The position numbers and the translations under genes were made by a program. DNA of 64,000 nucleotides from an uncultured Pseudomonadota bacterium (lineage in GTDB: Bacteria > Oederibacteriota > Muellerivitia > Muellerivitales > Muellerivitaceae), in NCBI GenBank assembly GCA_963836235.1, contig CAWIIP010000002.1:192001-256000 (forward strand). The letters run 5' to 3'. Positions 47,273 through 59,024 of the stretch are shown one piece after another (positions within the stretch are counted from its first letter, which is position 1; each line of letters begins with the position of its first letter). The notes below the pieces were generated by a model that was given only the letters and a program-made list of their open reading frames with translations, did no database searches and was not told the DNA's origin.

Positions 47273-48856
47273 TCAAAACTTCACAAACTTCAAATCCTGA
47301 ATATGGGGTATCTCCCGCAGTTCAGCCATTACTTTTTCCGAAACATCGTTATCTACGTTGACCATGGCAATGGCCTTCCCGCCCACTTCTTGGCGGCCCA
47401 CATAAAGTCCAGCAATATTCACTCCATTGCTACCGAGAGCAGTTCCTAGCTTTCCGACAATTCCGGGCCTATCCTCATGAGCCATCCAAATCATATTCCC
47501 AACGGGAGTGAAATCAGTGGTATTGCCGTCGAGATTCACAATACGAAATTCCTTCTTACCAAAAACTGTCCCCGAAATGGCATGAGTTCCTTTTTCATTT
47601 TTGACAGTCACGGTGATCAAAGAGGAATAATCCCCGACAGCGTTATTTACGGTTTCGGAAATTTCATATCCACGCTCTTTTGCGATGAAAAGGGCGTTAA
47701 CGTAATTGACGGACGCACTCATACCCTTTTGGAGTATTCCTTTTACCAAGCTTAAGGTCAGTGGTTTGGTGTCAAACTTGGTCACTTCCCCGTTATATTC
47801 AACATGGATACTCTTGATGAAGGATTCGGCCAATTGGGAATGGAAAGAGCCGATTTTTTCAATCAAAATCAAATAGGGCTTTAACTCCTCCATAATTTTA
47901 GGATCCAGGGAAGGCATATTGACCGCCGCTTTAACCCTTCCACCTTTCAAGGCTTCCACCATTTGCTCCGCCACGACAACCGCCACGTTGACTTGGGCCT
48001 CTTGGGTGGCCGCACCCAAATGAGGAACACAGACCACGTTTTCCAGGGTCAATAAGGGGCTGTCGAAGGGAGGCTCTTTTTCAAAAACATCCAAAGCCGC
48101 TCCGGCGATTTTTCCACTTTTCAAACCTTCACAAAGAGCCGTTTCATCAATGATCCCGCCACGAGCACAATTCACCAATCGGACTCCGTTTTTCATTGCT
48201 TCAATCTGTTTTGCGCCGATGAGTCCCTTGGTCTCTTTGGTCAGGGGGGTATGAACCGTAATGAAATCCGATTTTTTTATGATTTCCTCAAGGGTGACGA
48301 TCTCAAATTCGTGACCCTTATTTTTGGCCGGATCCACGTAAGGGTCATAGGCCAAGATTCTCATGCCAAGACCAATAGCTTTGCGAGCAACATTGGTTCC
48401 AATGCGTCCCAATCCCACCACTCCCAAAATTTTCTCATTCAACTCACATCCAATGAACTTGCTCCGTTCCCATTTTTTTTCCTTAAGGGACTGTTGAGCC
48501 TGTGGGATTTTGCGGGCCATCGCCATCAACATGGCAATCGTGTGCTCGGATGTGGAAATGGTGTTACCGTCGGGGGTATTCATGACGATAATTCCGCGCT
48601 TGGTGGCGGCTTCTAAATCGACATTATCCACTCCCACTCCGGCCCGGCCGATAATCTTCATTTTCGTGGCGGCTTGGATCAAATCGGCCGTGACAATCGT
48701 GCCGCTCCGGATAACCCAGGCGTCATATTCAGGAAGTATTTTTTTGAGATCATCAGGAGTTTTTCCAAAGTGTTCTTCGGTCTGAAAATCTTTTTCTTTT
48801 TTGAAAATTTCCATCCCCTGCTCGGAAAGTTTGTCGGTAATTAATACTTTAAACAT
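47273..48856 (-). CDS. serA: D-3-phosphoglycerate dehydrogenase (long form with ASB/ACT domains)
   Basis: GRAGVGVDNVD, GLGRIG, NCARGG, PHLGAAT.EAQ, DRPGIVG. Confidence 0.96.
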   Translation of the reverse strand: MFKVLITDKLSEQGMEIFKKEKDFQTEEHFGKTPDDLKKILPEYDAWVIRSGTIVTADLIQAATKMKIIGRAGVGVDNVDLEAATKRGIIVMNTPDGNTISTSEHTIAMLMAMARKIPQAQQSLKEKKWERSKFIGCELNEKILGVVGLGRIGTNVARKAIGLGMRILAYDPYVDPAKNKGHEFEIVTLEEIIKKSDFITVHTPLTKETKGLIGAKQIEAMKNGVRLVNCARGGIIDETALCEGLKSGKIAGAALDVFEKEPPFDSPLLTLENVVCVPHLGAATQEAQVNVAVVVAEQMVEALKGGRVKAAVNMPSLDPKIMEELKPYLILIEKIGSFHSQLAESFIKSIHVEYNGEVTKFDTKPLTLSLVKGILQKGMSASVNYVNALFIAKERGYEISETVNNAVGDYSSLITVTVKNEKGTHAISGTVFGKKEFRIVNLDGNTTDFTPVGNMIWMAHEDRPGIVGKLGTALGSNGVNIAGLYVGRQEVGGKAIAMVNVDNDVSEKVMAELREIPHIQDLKFVKF

Positions 48857-48870
48857 ATCCCATCCCGCGA

Positions 48871-50025
48871 TTAAAGATTTTCAGCCAAAAGGATTTCTTG
48901 GGCGGCTTTAACTCCAACACCCAAAGATACTTTCTTTCCCAATTTGTGCATGACCATTTCTAATATGGCAATTCCTAAAACCACATCCGAACCATCCACA
49001 TACCCCAAATGGCCGATGCGGAAAATTTTCCCTTTCACTTTGGCCTGACCGCCAGCGATGCTGATGCCATAAGTGTCCCGAAAAGTCTTGTTCACCAAGC
49101 CGCTATCGATTCCATCGGGTGAGATCACGGCGGTCAAAGCGTTTGATGGCGCCATAGGAGCAAATAATTTTAATCCAATGGCTTCAACCCCAGCTCGGGT
49201 GGCCTTGGCAAGTCCCGCATGCCTTTTCCAGACATTTTCCATGCCCTCTTGCCCGATGATTTCCAGGGCCTTCCGAACTTGGATAACGAGGGAAATAGCG
49301 GGTGTAAAAGGAGTGTCCGGCATCTTTTCCTCTGTCAGCTTTTTCAATGCTTTGTCGTAACTGAAGTAATAGCGTGGATTCTTGGTGCTTTTTGTCTTTT
49401 CAACTGCTGCCGGCAAGGCACAAACAAAGGCTAATCCCGGCGGGATCATGAAACCTTTTTGCGATCCCGAAAGAACCAAATCTACCCCCCAGGCATCAGT
49501 CTCACATGGCATGGCCCCGAGGCCAGAAATGGCATCTACCACGATTAATGCTCCAGCATCGTGAACTACCCTTGTCAGCGTTTGAATATCGTTAACGACC
49601 CCAGTGGAAGTTTCATTCAATGTCGTGAATACCAGCTTGATATCCGAGGAAGCTTTTAGCCTTTTCTTGACCTCTTCCGGATCTACGGCTTGACCCCATT
49701 CGGCTTCGTAAAGGTCGGCTTGTACCCCAAAAACCTGGCAAATATCTTTCCAGCGGTTACCAAAATGCCCAGCAGATGCCACCAAAACCCTCTCCCCAGG
49801 GGAAGTGAGATTGGCTACCGCCGATTCCATTACCCCTGTCCCCACCGAGGCAAAGGTCATAACGGGCTGTTGGGTGCGAAAAAACATCTTCAAGCCCTCA
49901 TGCGCAGCTTTGAAAATAGCCTGAAATTGGGGGGTTCTATGGTGCATGATCGGCATACTGGCTTCGGCCAATACTTCGGCCGGAATGGGGGTGGGTCCTG
50001 GAGCCATAATGTACTTTTTACGCAT
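48871..50025 (-). CDS. Class V PLP aminotransferase (serine-pyruvate/alanine-glyoxylate type)
   Basis: PGPTP, HHR, NETSTGV, VDAISG, GSQKG..IPPGL, FRIGHLG. Confidence 0.92.
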   Translation of the reverse strand: MRKKYIMAPGPTPIPAEVLAEASMPIMHHRTPQFQAIFKAAHEGLKMFFRTQQPVMTFASVGTGVMESAVANLTSPGERVLVASAGHFGNRWKDICQVFGVQADLYEAEWGQAVDPEEVKKRLKASSDIKLVFTTLNETSTGVVNDIQTLTRVVHDAGALIVVDAISGLGAMPCETDAWGVDLVLSGSQKGFMIPPGLAFVCALPAAVEKTKSTKNPRYYFSYDKALKKLTEEKMPDTPFTPAISLVIQVRKALEIIGQEGMENVWKRHAGLAKATRAGVEAIGLKLFAPMAPSNALTAVISPDGIDSGLVNKTFRDTYGISIAGGQAKVKGKIFRIGHLGYVDGSDVVLGIAILEMVMHKLGKKVSLGVGVKAAQEILLAENL

Positions 50026-50247
50026 GGAAAACCTCGTAATTAAACCCAGGATTTGGGAGAGGGGACGTGGGTATTTTGCTTTGTTTTAGCTGTAAAACTC
50101 AGACATTGTGATTTTTTTCACAAAGTAGAGGGTAGTATAATGACCGAAGTAAGAGTGTCAAGAGCGTCTTTAAAATTGAGAAAAAATTTTAAAAGTTCCA
50201 ACCGGTCGAGGCCGTAGAATCTTTTCAGAAACAAGGATGGAAAACCC

Positions 50248-51084
50248 TCAAACTGAAATCGTGTCTTTCAGAAAACTACTGATTAACTTTTCCACCAGCA
50301 CCGGGCTTTCCTGCGGCACCAAATGTCCAGCGTTTTGCACCACGACAAATTTAGCTTTTGGATACATTTTCTGAAAACACTTCTCACTATTAACTGTAAA
50401 TGTGTTGGAGGTTTCACCCCGGATAACTAAAGTGGGTTGTTTTAGCAAAAAGGCATATTTCCAAACATCCATTGGGATCGTCCGATAGATTTTAGCTTCC
50501 CATTCGGGGGGATAAATAAGATAAACCCCTCCAGTAGCGGAGGGCGCCGTCATGCTATCCGCATAAGCCCGGACTATCTCATCCGACCATTTTTTAAAGA
50601 AAGCCCGGCCCCGGAAATATTGGTATGCCGCTTCCCCGCTTTCCCAGGTCCTCTTCCTTCGCAAGGCCCCTTTAATTAAGTAGGACCTAGCTTCAAGGCC
50701 AAAAAACTTCATGAGTTTGATTTGCCACAAAAGTCTGGGAGCAAGCATGGTGGGATCGATTAAGATGACATGGCTAAAGAGATCAGGCTGTTTAACCGCA
50801 GCGTATAAGGTGAGAACCCCTCCCAAACTGTGACCGATGCCGATAACCTTTTTAACCCCGATCCCTTTTAAGCCACACAGTAAATCACCAGCCATTTGTG
50901 ACCAAGATTTAAGCCATTCAGGGGAAGTGTCGCCCCATAATGGACGTGCCGGAAAAGAGATGATGTGGAAATGGGGCAAAAGCGGTTGAAGAACAGTTTG
51001 ATACGTCTGAGGCGGAAACCCATTGGCGTGGGCCAAATGAACGAGAGGCCCGCTAGAATCGGGATTAAAATCGTAAAACTTCAA
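50248..51084 (-). CDS. Alpha/beta hydrolase
   Basis: HANGF, GHSLGG, GHLVPQE. Confidence 0.9.
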   Translation of the reverse strand: MKFYDFNPDSSGPLVHLAHANGFPPQTYQTVLQPLLPHFHIISFPARPLWGDTSPEWLKSWSQMAGDLLCGLKGIGVKKVIGIGHSLGGVLTLYAAVKQPDLFSHVILIDPTMLAPRLLWQIKLMKFFGLEARSYLIKGALRRKRTWESGEAAYQYFRGRAFFKKWSDEIVRAYADSMTAPSATGGVYLIYPPEWEAKIYRTIPMDVWKYAFLLKQPTLVIRGETSNTFTVNSEKCFQKMYPKAKFVVVQNAGHLVPQESPVLVEKLISSFLKDTISV

Positions 51085-52346
51085 GCCGTATTTTCGCCGC
51101 GGCCTTTTTGGTAAACCACGATTGGCTCTTCCCGTTTGAGGATGACCCCCTCGGTAATAACAACTTCTTTGATGTCTTTACGGGAAGGAATATCGTACAT
51201 TAATTCCATCATCACTTCTTCTAGGATTGACCTAAGCCCCCGGGCACCCGATTGCCGTTTAATAGCTTCTTTGGAAACCGCCTGTAAAGCTTCGGGCGTA
51301 AATTTAAGCTTCACATTCTCCATTTCAAAATAACGTTGGTATTGTTTGGTCAATGCGTTCTTGGGCTCCGTCAAGACCCGCACCAAAGCGACTTCATCCA
51401 ACTCATGCAATGCGGTAACAACCGGAAGACGCCCGATGAATTCAGGTATTAAACCAAATTTGATGAGGTCTTCGGGTTGAACTTGCTCGAACAATTCACC
51501 CAACTTCTTTTCTTGACGGCTCAGCGCCTCTCCTTTGAAACCGATACTACGACGGCCCAAGCGGCTTTCGACGATTTTCTCTAGTCCAACAAAAGCTCCT
51601 CCGCAAATAAACAGGATGTTACTCGAATTAACCTTGATGTATTCCTGATGAGGGTGTTTGCGCCCACCCTGGGGGGGCACGTTCACTTCGGTTCCCTCGA
51701 TAATCTTTAAAAGGGCCTGCTGTACACCTTCCCCCGACACATCGCGGGTAATGCTTGCGTTTTCCGATTTACGGCTGATCTTATCGATCTCGTCAATATA
51801 AATGATGCCCCGTTCTGCCCTTTGAACGTCAAATTCGGCGTTCTGAAGAAGCTTAAGAATGATGTTCTCGACGTCCTCTCCCACATACCCGGCTTCGGTC
51901 AGGGTGGTAGCGTCAGCGACGGCAAACGGCACATCCAAAATACGGGCAAGGGTTTGAGCCAAAAGAGTCTTTCCCACGCCCGTTGGCCCGATCAAAAGGA
52001 CATTGCTTTTTTGGAGTTCCACATCTTCCGGCCCTGTCTTAACCATCAAACGCTTATAGTGGTTATGAACTGCCACCGACAAGGTCTTTTTAGCTTTTTC
52101 CTGTCCAATCACGTACTCATCAAGGACCTCTTTGATATCAATCGGCTTCGGAACCGAAAGTTTCCCCTTTGGTTGTCCGGTCTTGGCTTCTCCCTTGTCC
52201 TCTTCCTTCAAAATGTCATTACAAAGAGCCACGCATTCGTTGCAGATGTAAACGGTCGGACCCGCGACGAGTTTTTTCACCTCGTCCTGGGTCTTGCCGC
52301 AGAAAGAGCATCTTAAAAATGAAATTTTATCTTTATCGCCAGACAT
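51081..52346 (-). CDS. clpX: ClpX ATPase
   Basis: CSFCGK zinc finger, [26 protein letters not shown] loop. Confidence 0.98.
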   Translation of the reverse strand: MSGDKDKISFLRCSFCGKTQDEVKKLVAGPTVYICNECVALCNDILKEEDKGEAKTGQPKGKLSVPKPIDIKEVLDEYVIGQEKAKKTLSVAVHNHYKRLMVKTGPEDVELQKSNVLLIGPTGVGKTLLAQTLARILDVPFAVADATTLTEAGYVGEDVENIILKLLQNAEFDVQRAERGIIYIDEIDKISRKSENASITRDVSGEGVQQALLKIIEGTEVNVPPQGGRKHPHQEYIKVNSSNILFICGGAFVGLEKIVESRLGRRSIGFKGEALSRQEKKLGELFEQVQPEDLIKFGLIPEFIGRLPVVTALHELDEVALVRVLTEPKNALTKQYQRYFEMENVKLKFTPEALQAVSKEAIKRQSGARGLRSILEEVMMELMYDIPSRKDIKEVVITEGVILKREEPIVVYQKGRGENTA

Positions 52347-52360
52347 TGTGACTCCAGAGT

Positions 52361-52960
52361 TTACTTTTTCTTGGTTTCGGGCCGTTTGGCTAAAATATCA
52401 TCAATTAAGCCATATTCTTTAGCTTCCTGAGCCGTCAGAAAATGGTCTCGTTCTACGTCCAGCTCTATTTTTTCAAGAGGTTGCCCGCTATGGAATGCCA
52501 AAATCTTATTCAGCCGTTCTCTTGTTTTTAATATTTCTTTAGCTTGGATCGCAATGTCCGTCGCTTGGCCTTGAGCTCCTCCCGAGGGCTGGTGGATCAT
52601 GATTTGGGCGTTGGGAAGGGCGTACCTCTTCCCCTTCGCTCCAGCCGTCAAAAGCAAGGCACCCATACTGGCCGCCTGACCAACGCAAATAGTGGAAACA
52701 GGGGCTTTCAAGAATTGAATCGTATCATAAATCGCCATGCCCGAAGTAACCACTCCGCCGGGGCTATTGACATACAAATTAATATCCTTGTCAGGATCTT
52801 CCGATTCCAAGAATAAAAGCTGGGCAATAATAGTGTTAGCCACATCATCGTTAATCGGCGTACCAAGCATGATAATCCGGTCTTTCAACAACCGTGAATA
52901 AATGTCATAAGACCTTTCGCCCCTGTTGGTTTGTTCTACCACAATCGGAATAAGTGCCAT
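52361..52960 (-). CDS. clpP: ClpP protease
   Basis: [30 protein letters not shown]. Confidence 0.98.
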   Translation of the reverse strand: MALIPIVVEQTNRGERSYDIYSRLLKDRIIMLGTPINDDVANTIIAQLLFLESEDPDKDINLYVNSPGGVVTSGMAIYDTIQFLKAPVSTICVGQAASMGALLLTAGAKGKRYALPNAQIMIHQPSGGAQGQATDIAIQAKEILKTRERLNKILAFHSGQPLEKIELDVERDHFLTAQEAKEYGLIDDILAKRPETKKK

Positions 52961-52979
52961 AAATTCCTCCGAAACTTAG

Positions 52980-54263
52980 TTATGCCGCTTCAATCTTCGC
53001 CTGTGCGATCAAATAATCCAAGGCTTTCTCATACTGAATCCACTCTTTAACCGATTCCGCATTTTCCTGCTGCTGCAAGTAACGCTTTACGACGTCTACT
53101 GGCTGGTTGACGTTCTTAGAAACCTTATCAAAATAAGCCTCCATATCCTTATCCTCACATAAGATATTTTCGGCAGTCGCTATTTTTTCAACAATCATGG
53201 CCATCTGGACATTCTTCTGGGCCACTGGCCTTAAACCATCGACAAACTCTTTTTTCTGATTATCTGAAAGCTTATTGGCGTCTATTCCTTGGTTTTTTAA
53301 CCTCTCAATTCCTTGTTTCACTAAGCGTTGTTGCTCAATATTAATCAGCGAAACAGGAAGATCAAAGGGATGATTTGCTATCAACGCCTCACCGATCTGC
53401 TCAACCATCTTAGCCCTTTGGTCATTTTCCTTAGCAGTCTTGATCTGGCTTTCCAATTTTTCACGCAGTTCTTTTACCGTTTCGCTCTTTCCCACGTCCT
53501 TGGCAAAGTCATCGTCCACCGCCGGGAGCTTCTTTTCTTTGATCTCGTGGACAACCACAGTGAATTCCGCCTCCTGACCAGCGACTTCTTTTTTTCCATA
53601 ATCTGAAGGAAAGATCATTTTGAATGTTTTGCCCTCACCCTTTTTGATACCAATAAGGTTCGACTCAAAATCTTTCAATAGGTTATTCGATCCGAGTAAC
53701 ACTGGATAGCGGTTCGCCTTGCCCCCCTCAAAAGACTTTCCACCGATTTTCCCCTCAAAATCAATAACGACCAGATCATCCGCCTGGGAAGACCGATCTT
53801 CTACCGGTATAAATTGGGCCATTTGATCCCGTAAATTTTCTACGGCTTTGTTGACTTCTTCTTCGCTTACCAATGTTTTCTCTTTTTTGATTTTAATGCC
53901 TTTGTAGTCCTTTAATTGAAACTCTGGCTTAATTTCTACGGTAGCAACAAACTTGAGGGGCGACCCCTCCTCGAATTGGAGGTGTGTGATTTGAGGCTGG
54001 GAAACGGGATCTATTTTTTGATTAATCAAAGCCGTGCGGAAAAACTCGGGCAACTCATGGTGAACAACCTCTTCTCGAACAGCAGATTTGTATTGTTTTT
54101 TAATGACATCCAGCGGGGCCTTGCCTTTGCGAAATCCGGGTACCTTCGCATCACGTAAAATGCGTCCGTAAATACCATCTACTTTGGTTTGGACGGTTTC
54201 TACCGAAACCTCCACATGAACTTCTTTAGTGCAACCAGAGACATCATTAACGCTAACTTTCAC
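52980..54263 (-). CDS. tig: Trigger factor
   Basis: PGFRKGKAP, FKBP domain, tig-clpP-clpX gene order. Confidence 0.96.
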   Translation of the reverse strand: MKVSVNDVSGCTKEVHVEVSVETVQTKVDGIYGRILRDAKVPGFRKGKAPLDVIKKQYKSAVREEVVHHELPEFFRTALINQKIDPVSQPQITHLQFEEGSPLKFVATVEIKPEFQLKDYKGIKIKKEKTLVSEEEVNKAVENLRDQMAQFIPVEDRSSQADDLVVIDFEGKIGGKSFEGGKANRYPVLLGSNNLLKDFESNLIGIKKGEGKTFKMIFPSDYGKKEVAGQEAEFTVVVHEIKEKKLPAVDDDFAKDVGKSETVKELREKLESQIKTAKENDQRAKMVEQIGEALIANHPFDLPVSLINIEQQRLVKQGIERLKNQGIDANKLSDNQKKEFVDGLRPVAQKNVQMAMIVEKIATAENILCEDKDMEAYFDKVSKNVNQPVDVVKRYLQQQENAESVKEWIQYEKALDYLIAQAKIEAA

Positions 54264-54293
54264 GATAGCTCCTTAAACTTTATAGTGGATAAA

Positions 54294-54378
54294 TGGTGCG
54301 AGGGGGGGGAGTTGAACCCCCACGGGTTACCCCGCCAGAACCTAAATCTGGTGCGTCTGCCAGTTTCGCCACCCTCGC
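54294..54378 (-). tRNA. tRNA-Leu(TAG)
   Basis: gcgagggtggcgaaactggcagacgca ccaga-tttaggt-tctgg, long variable arm, ggttcaactcc, CCA end. Confidence 0.95.
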
Positions 54379-54621
54379 AAAAAGGGCCCTGGCGTCAATA
54401 ATAACGCTGGAACAAGTCTATAAAAACCCTTAAAACGGGCACCATCTTACCGGTGGCTAGCGACTCACGTCAATTTAGGAACCTAACTTTTTACTGAAAG
54501 AAGATAAAAAGCCAAGGATAAATCAGGACAAATTAACCTTTGGACACTTGATAATAGGTACCATCACACTCTTTCTTCAATACCAATAGAATAAGATTTA
54601 AGTCAATATTAAGGACATTGG

Positions 54622-56202
54622 ATGAAACCTTCTGAAATATCCCATATCGACTTGGCCATTATCGGCGGTGGTATCAATGGAGCCGGCTTGGCGGCTCAAG
54701 CGGCCAACGCTGGTCTTTCGGTGGTTCTTTTTGAAAAAGGTGATTTTGCTTCCGGCACTTCCAGTAAATCCACCAAACTAGTTCACGGGGGCATCCGCTA
54801 CCTTGAGCAGGGTCGTTTTTCCTTGGTCTTCGAATCCCTTCACGAACGACAGCGATTGATCAAATCCGCTCCACATCTGGTTCATCCCATTTCATTCCTT
54901 CTTCCTTCATATAAATTCGATAGGGTCCCAGCCTGGAAACTTAAACTGGGCTTGTGGCTATACGATCTGTTGGCGGGAGCTCAAAACATTGCCAAACACC
55001 GCTGGTTTTCTCCTGCCGAAACCCTTGAAATGACGTCGGCGCTGAATCCCACGAATTTGACGGGATGCGGACTTTACCACGACGCACAGGTAAATGACGC
55101 TCGATTAGTCTTGGAAAACATCCTCGCCGCCGAAGGCGCGCAGGCCCACTGTTTTAATTATTGCCAAGTAACGCAAATTGACCGAACTGCCAATGAAATC
55201 AGAATTTTTTACCATGACGATCATTCAAATGAAGCTGGTGTTGTCACGACCGCTTGTCTCGTTAACGCTTCCGGGCCATGGGTCGGTCAAATCGCAAAAC
55301 TTGTTTCAGACGACGCCCTTCAATTGGTTCGCCCCACCCGTGGAACCCATATCGTCGTTCCGGAGATACTGCCCTCACAGGCCGTCCTTATCACGACTCA
55401 AAAGGACAACCGTATCATTTTCGTGATTCCATGGCGTGGTTATAGCTTAGTCGGCACCACGGATCTTGATGATTCCGAAAACCCGGATAACGTCCACCCA
55501 ACTGAAGAAGAAATCGATTATTTGCTTCGGGAAGCTTCTCGGGTTTTTCCTAAATGTTCATGGGACCGAAAGCTTGTGATCGCGGCTTTTGCGGGTCTCC
55601 GGCCTTTGGCTTGGTCCGATGGAGGCCATGCTTCCGACCTTTCCAGAGAAGATAAAATTTTATCCGATGGCAACATCCTAACTATTGTCGGGGGTAAATT
55701 AACGACTTATCACGCCATGGCTCAAAAAGCTCTGGTTCAGGTGAAAAATATCCTCAAAAAAACCGCCGAGAGCCAAATAGTACGCTTGCCCGGAACACCT
55801 GAAAAACCATGGAATTTATTTTTAAAAGATGAAACCCAAAAATGGGTTACAAAGTATGAACTAACGGAACCTCAAGCGGTTCATCTGGCCCAGCTTTACG
55901 GGCAAAGGGCCGAAGAAGTTCTGGCACTGTTGGAAGAAGACCCGCGCATGTGCGAGCATCTTCATCCCGCAAGGCCAGAAGTGTTGGCCCAGGTGGCTTA
56001 CGCGGTTCAAAAAGAAAAGGCCCTGCACTTGGAAGACGTGATGCTGCGCAGGTTGGAAATAGGATATAGCAAGGAACGTTGGGGGGAAGCGGCGGAAAAA
56101 GCCTCGCGGATAATGGCAGAACTTTTAAATTGGGACGAGAATATTCGGCAAAAAGAATTAGAGCGGTACCATCAAAAATTGTACCCGGCCCCAACAACCT
56201 GA
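54622..56202 (+). CDS. glpD: FAD-dependent glycerol-3-phosphate dehydrogenase
   Basis: IGGGING, GTSSKSTKLVHGGIRYL, NDARL, GTTD, GLRPL, GGKLTTY. Confidence 0.93.
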   Translation: MKPSEISHIDLAIIGGGINGAGLAAQAANAGLSVVLFEKGDFASGTSSKSTKLVHGGIRYLEQGRFSLVFESLHERQRLIKSAPHLVHPISFLLPSYKFDRVPAWKLKLGLWLYDLLAGAQNIAKHRWFSPAETLEMTSALNPTNLTGCGLYHDAQVNDARLVLENILAAEGAQAHCFNYCQVTQIDRTANEIRIFYHDDHSNEAGVVTTACLVNASGPWVGQIAKLVSDDALQLVRPTRGTHIVVPEILPSQAVLITTQKDNRIIFVIPWRGYSLVGTTDLDDSENPDNVHPTEEEIDYLLREASRVFPKCSWDRKLVIAAFAGLRPLAWSDGGHASDLSREDKILSDGNILTIVGGKLTTYHAMAQKALVQVKNILKKTAESQIVRLPGTPEKPWNLFLKDETQKWVTKYELTEPQAVHLAQLYGQRAEEVLALLEEDPRMCEHLHPARPEVLAQVAYAVQKEKALHLEDVMLRRLEIGYSKERWGEAAEKASRIMAELLNWDENIRQKELERYHQKLYPAPTT

Positions 56203-56288
56203 CCCAAGTCTTGACTTGTTTTGTATCAAAGCCGTAAGTTAGCATAATGTTTAGATTAAACCCAAAGACCTACTTCGGAGGATTTTCC

Positions 56289-57215
56289 ATGGAAAAAGTC
56301 ATTATCATCGGTTCCGGTCCGGCGGGTTACACAGCGGCTTTATACGCCTCTCGAGCCAATCTGAATCCTCTCTTGATCGATGGCCCTCAGCCGGGCGGGC
56401 AATTGACCACCACCACCGAGGTTGAGAATTTCCCCGGTTTTCCCGAGGGTATCCAAGGGCCCCAATTGATGGAAAACATGAAACAACAGGCGGCCCGTTT
56501 TGGTACCCGTTATAAAACTGGTTTTGTGACAAAAGTCGATTTTTCCAAGCGGCCCTTCAAGCTTTGGGTAGACGAAAAAGAACAACTAGAAGCCGAGGCC
56601 ATCATTATTTGCACGGGTGCTTCGGCTAAATACGGCGGGGTTCCACGAGAAATGGAGTTGGTGGGCCACGGTGTGTCCGCCTGCGCTACTTGTGATGGCT
56701 TTTTTTTTAAAAACCAGGAAATAGCCGTTGTCGGCGGGGGGGATTCAGCTATGGAAGAGGCCAATTTCCTGACCAAGTTCGGCAAAAGCGTGACGATCAT
56801 CCATCGCCGGGAAGAATTTCGGGCCTCAAAAATCATGCTGGAACGAGCCAAGGCAAATCCCAAGATTAAATGGATGATGAATTCAGCCATTACCGAATTG
56901 GTGGGGGAAAAAGTCCTTGAGGGAATCAAGGTCAAAAACTTAAAAACAAATGAAGAAAAGACCCATCCCTTCACGGGCCTCTTTTTCGCAATCGGCCATA
57001 CTCCCAACACCAACATATTTAAAGGCCAGTTGGAGATGGATGAGGTTGGCTACCTAAAACTACCCCATCCGCCTAAGACTATTACTCATATTCCTGGAGT
57101 TTTCGCGGCCGGGGACGTAGCGGACCATTATTATCGGCAAGCCATTTCAGCTGCGGGCATGGGCTGCATGGCGGCTATTGAAGCGGAAAGATGGCTATCC
57201 GAACAAGGTAAGTAA
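56289..57215 (+). CDS. trxB: Thioredoxin reductase
   Basis: GSGPAG, GGQLTTTT.VEN.PG, CATCDG, GGGDSAMEEA, RQAISAAG. Confidence 0.97.
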   Translation: MEKVIIIGSGPAGYTAALYASRANLNPLLIDGPQPGGQLTTTTEVENFPGFPEGIQGPQLMENMKQQAARFGTRYKTGFVTKVDFSKRPFKLWVDEKEQLEAEAIIICTGASAKYGGVPREMELVGHGVSACATCDGFFFKNQEIAVVGGGDSAMEEANFLTKFGKSVTIIHRREEFRASKIMLERAKANPKIKWMMNSAITELVGEKVLEGIKVKNLKTNEEKTHPFTGLFFAIGHTPNTNIFKGQLEMDEVGYLKLPHPPKTITHIPGVFAAGDVADHYYRQAISAAGMGCMAAIEAERWLSEQGK

Positions 57216-57286
57216 GAGCAGTCCAAGAACAACCTGCCCAGACCGGTCCAAACGAATCAAAAGGTTATAAAATTGCGAAAAGACGC

Positions 57287-58939
57287 TCAAATTTCCATGA
57301 TGACCGGCATAATCATGGGCCGCCGGTTGGATTTCTGGGAGAAAAATTTCTGAAGGGTCTTTCGCATCGTCTCTTTAACCGTTGACCAATCGGTGATCTT
57401 ATCGTGGATTTCTTCTTCCAAAGTTTTTCTTAGTAATTCCTTAGCGTCATTCATCAGCTCATCCGAAAGGCTTTCGGAAAAACCACGGGTGACCAGATCC
57501 GGCCCGCCGACGATTTTCCCCTTGGCCGTATCCACCGTAACGAGGCCTACGACCACACCATCCTGTGACAGGTGCAAGCGGTCCCGTAATACGACCTCTC
57601 CCACGTCGGAGATATGCTTTCCGTCCACCAAAATAGTACCTCCGGAAAGTTCCTTCTCGATTCGCGCCTCCTCACCCTCAATAATAAATTTTTCGCCATT
57701 TTCAAGGATGATGGTATTTTCCGGTGATATGCCCATTTGCTCCGCCAATCGGGCGTGCAAAACCAGATGGCGGTACTCCCCATGTACGGGTATAAAATAC
57801 TTCGGTTTCACCAAAGCGATCATGATTTTTTGCTCTTCCTGGCAGGCGTGACCTGAAACATGGATTTCGGAAACTGCCTCATACAACACCTCGGCCCCGC
57901 GGCGGTAAAGCAAGTTGATAATATTGGAAATAGCCCTTTCGTTTCCAGGAATAGTGCGGGCGGATAAAAGCACCATATCGTCCGGCTGAAGTGAAATTTG
58001 CTTGTGGTCCCCCATGGCCATGCGGGAAACACTGCTCATGGGCTCACCCTGGCTACCGGTTGTCACAATGACTATTTCCTTCGGATCCATGCCTTTCAGG
58101 TTATCCGGCTGGACTAGTAAATTGGCGGGGATATGCATAAAGCCCAAGTCCCGGGCTACCTGGGTGTTTCTCACCATGCTGCGGCCCATAATGCAAACCT
58201 TGCGTCCGACTTTTTTCGCAGCCTCGATGACCTGCTGGACGCGGTGGATATTGCTGGCAAAACAAGCCACGATGATCCGGCGCTTGGCTTTGGGGAATAT
58301 CCGCTCGAACTCCTCACCCACCACCTTTTCCGAGAGGGTGTAGCCTTCCCTTTCCACGTTGGTGGAATCGGACATGAGAATCAATACACCCTTGGAACCA
58401 TAATCGGCAAAACGGTTCAGGTCGGTAGGAATTCCATCCACGGGTGTGGGATCGATTTTGAAATCACCCGTATGAATTACGACCCCCGCGGGGGTCGTAA
58501 GGGCGATTCCGCACCCATCCACGATACTATGAGTGACGCGGATATATTCGATATGAAAAGGCCCAATATCAAAAGTGTTCTTAGGGTCAACTTCCACGAA
58601 AGTGGGCGGGGTCTCAAGTTTGAATTCCTCTAGCTTTGCTTTCACAAAACCCAGCGTCAGTTTCGTTCCATAAATCGGTACGTTGAGTTTTTGAAGGATG
58701 TAGGGAACGGCCCCAATATGGTCCTCGTGGCCATGGGTAAGAAGGATGGCCTTCAGCCGACCCGGTGTCTCGGCGAGAAAATTGAAGTCCGGAATGATGT
58801 AATCGACCCCAGGGTGCATCTCATCGGGGAACATCAGGCCCGCGTCGATCATGACGGCTTGTCCGTCATACTCCAACAGGGCCATGTTTTTACCGATTTC
58901 GCCTAAACCGCCTAATGGAATAAAAGAAAGTTGTCCCAA
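57287..58939 (-). CDS. rnj: Ribonuclease J
   Basis: PLGGLGEIGKN, THGHEDHIG, HTGDFK, GSQGEP, HVSGH, PVHGE. Confidence 0.97.
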   Translation of the reverse strand: MGQLSFIPLGGLGEIGKNMALLEYDGQAVMIDAGLMFPDEMHPGVDYIIPDFNFLAETPGRLKAILLTHGHEDHIGAVPYILQKLNVPIYGTKLTLGFVKAKLEEFKLETPPTFVEVDPKNTFDIGPFHIEYIRVTHSIVDGCGIALTTPAGVVIHTGDFKIDPTPVDGIPTDLNRFADYGSKGVLILMSDSTNVEREGYTLSEKVVGEEFERIFPKAKRRIIVACFASNIHRVQQVIEAAKKVGRKVCIMGRSMVRNTQVARDLGFMHIPANLLVQPDNLKGMDPKEIVIVTTGSQGEPMSSVSRMAMGDHKQISLQPDDMVLLSARTIPGNERAISNIINLLYRRGAEVLYEAVSEIHVSGHACQEEQKIMIALVKPKYFIPVHGEYRHLVLHARLAEQMGISPENTIILENGEKFIIEGEEARIEKELSGGTILVDGKHISDVGEVVLRDRLHLSQDGVVVGLVTVDTAKGKIVGGPDLVTRGFSESLSDELMNDAKELLRKTLEEEIHDKITDWSTVKETMRKTLQKFFSQKSNRRPMIMPVIMEI

Positions 58940-58964
58940 TTTTGTTCCTTGTAGTTGAAAGACT

Positions 58965-59004
58965 AAAAAAACAAAGCCTTCTTCTTGAAATGAAGAAGGC
59001 TTTG
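58965..59004 (-). terminator. Intrinsic terminator after the RRM gene
   Basis: 13-bp stem caaagccttcttc/gaagaaggctttg with a T-tract on the minus strand. Confidence 0.8.
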
Positions 59005-59024
59005 AATGATAAATTACAGTTTAT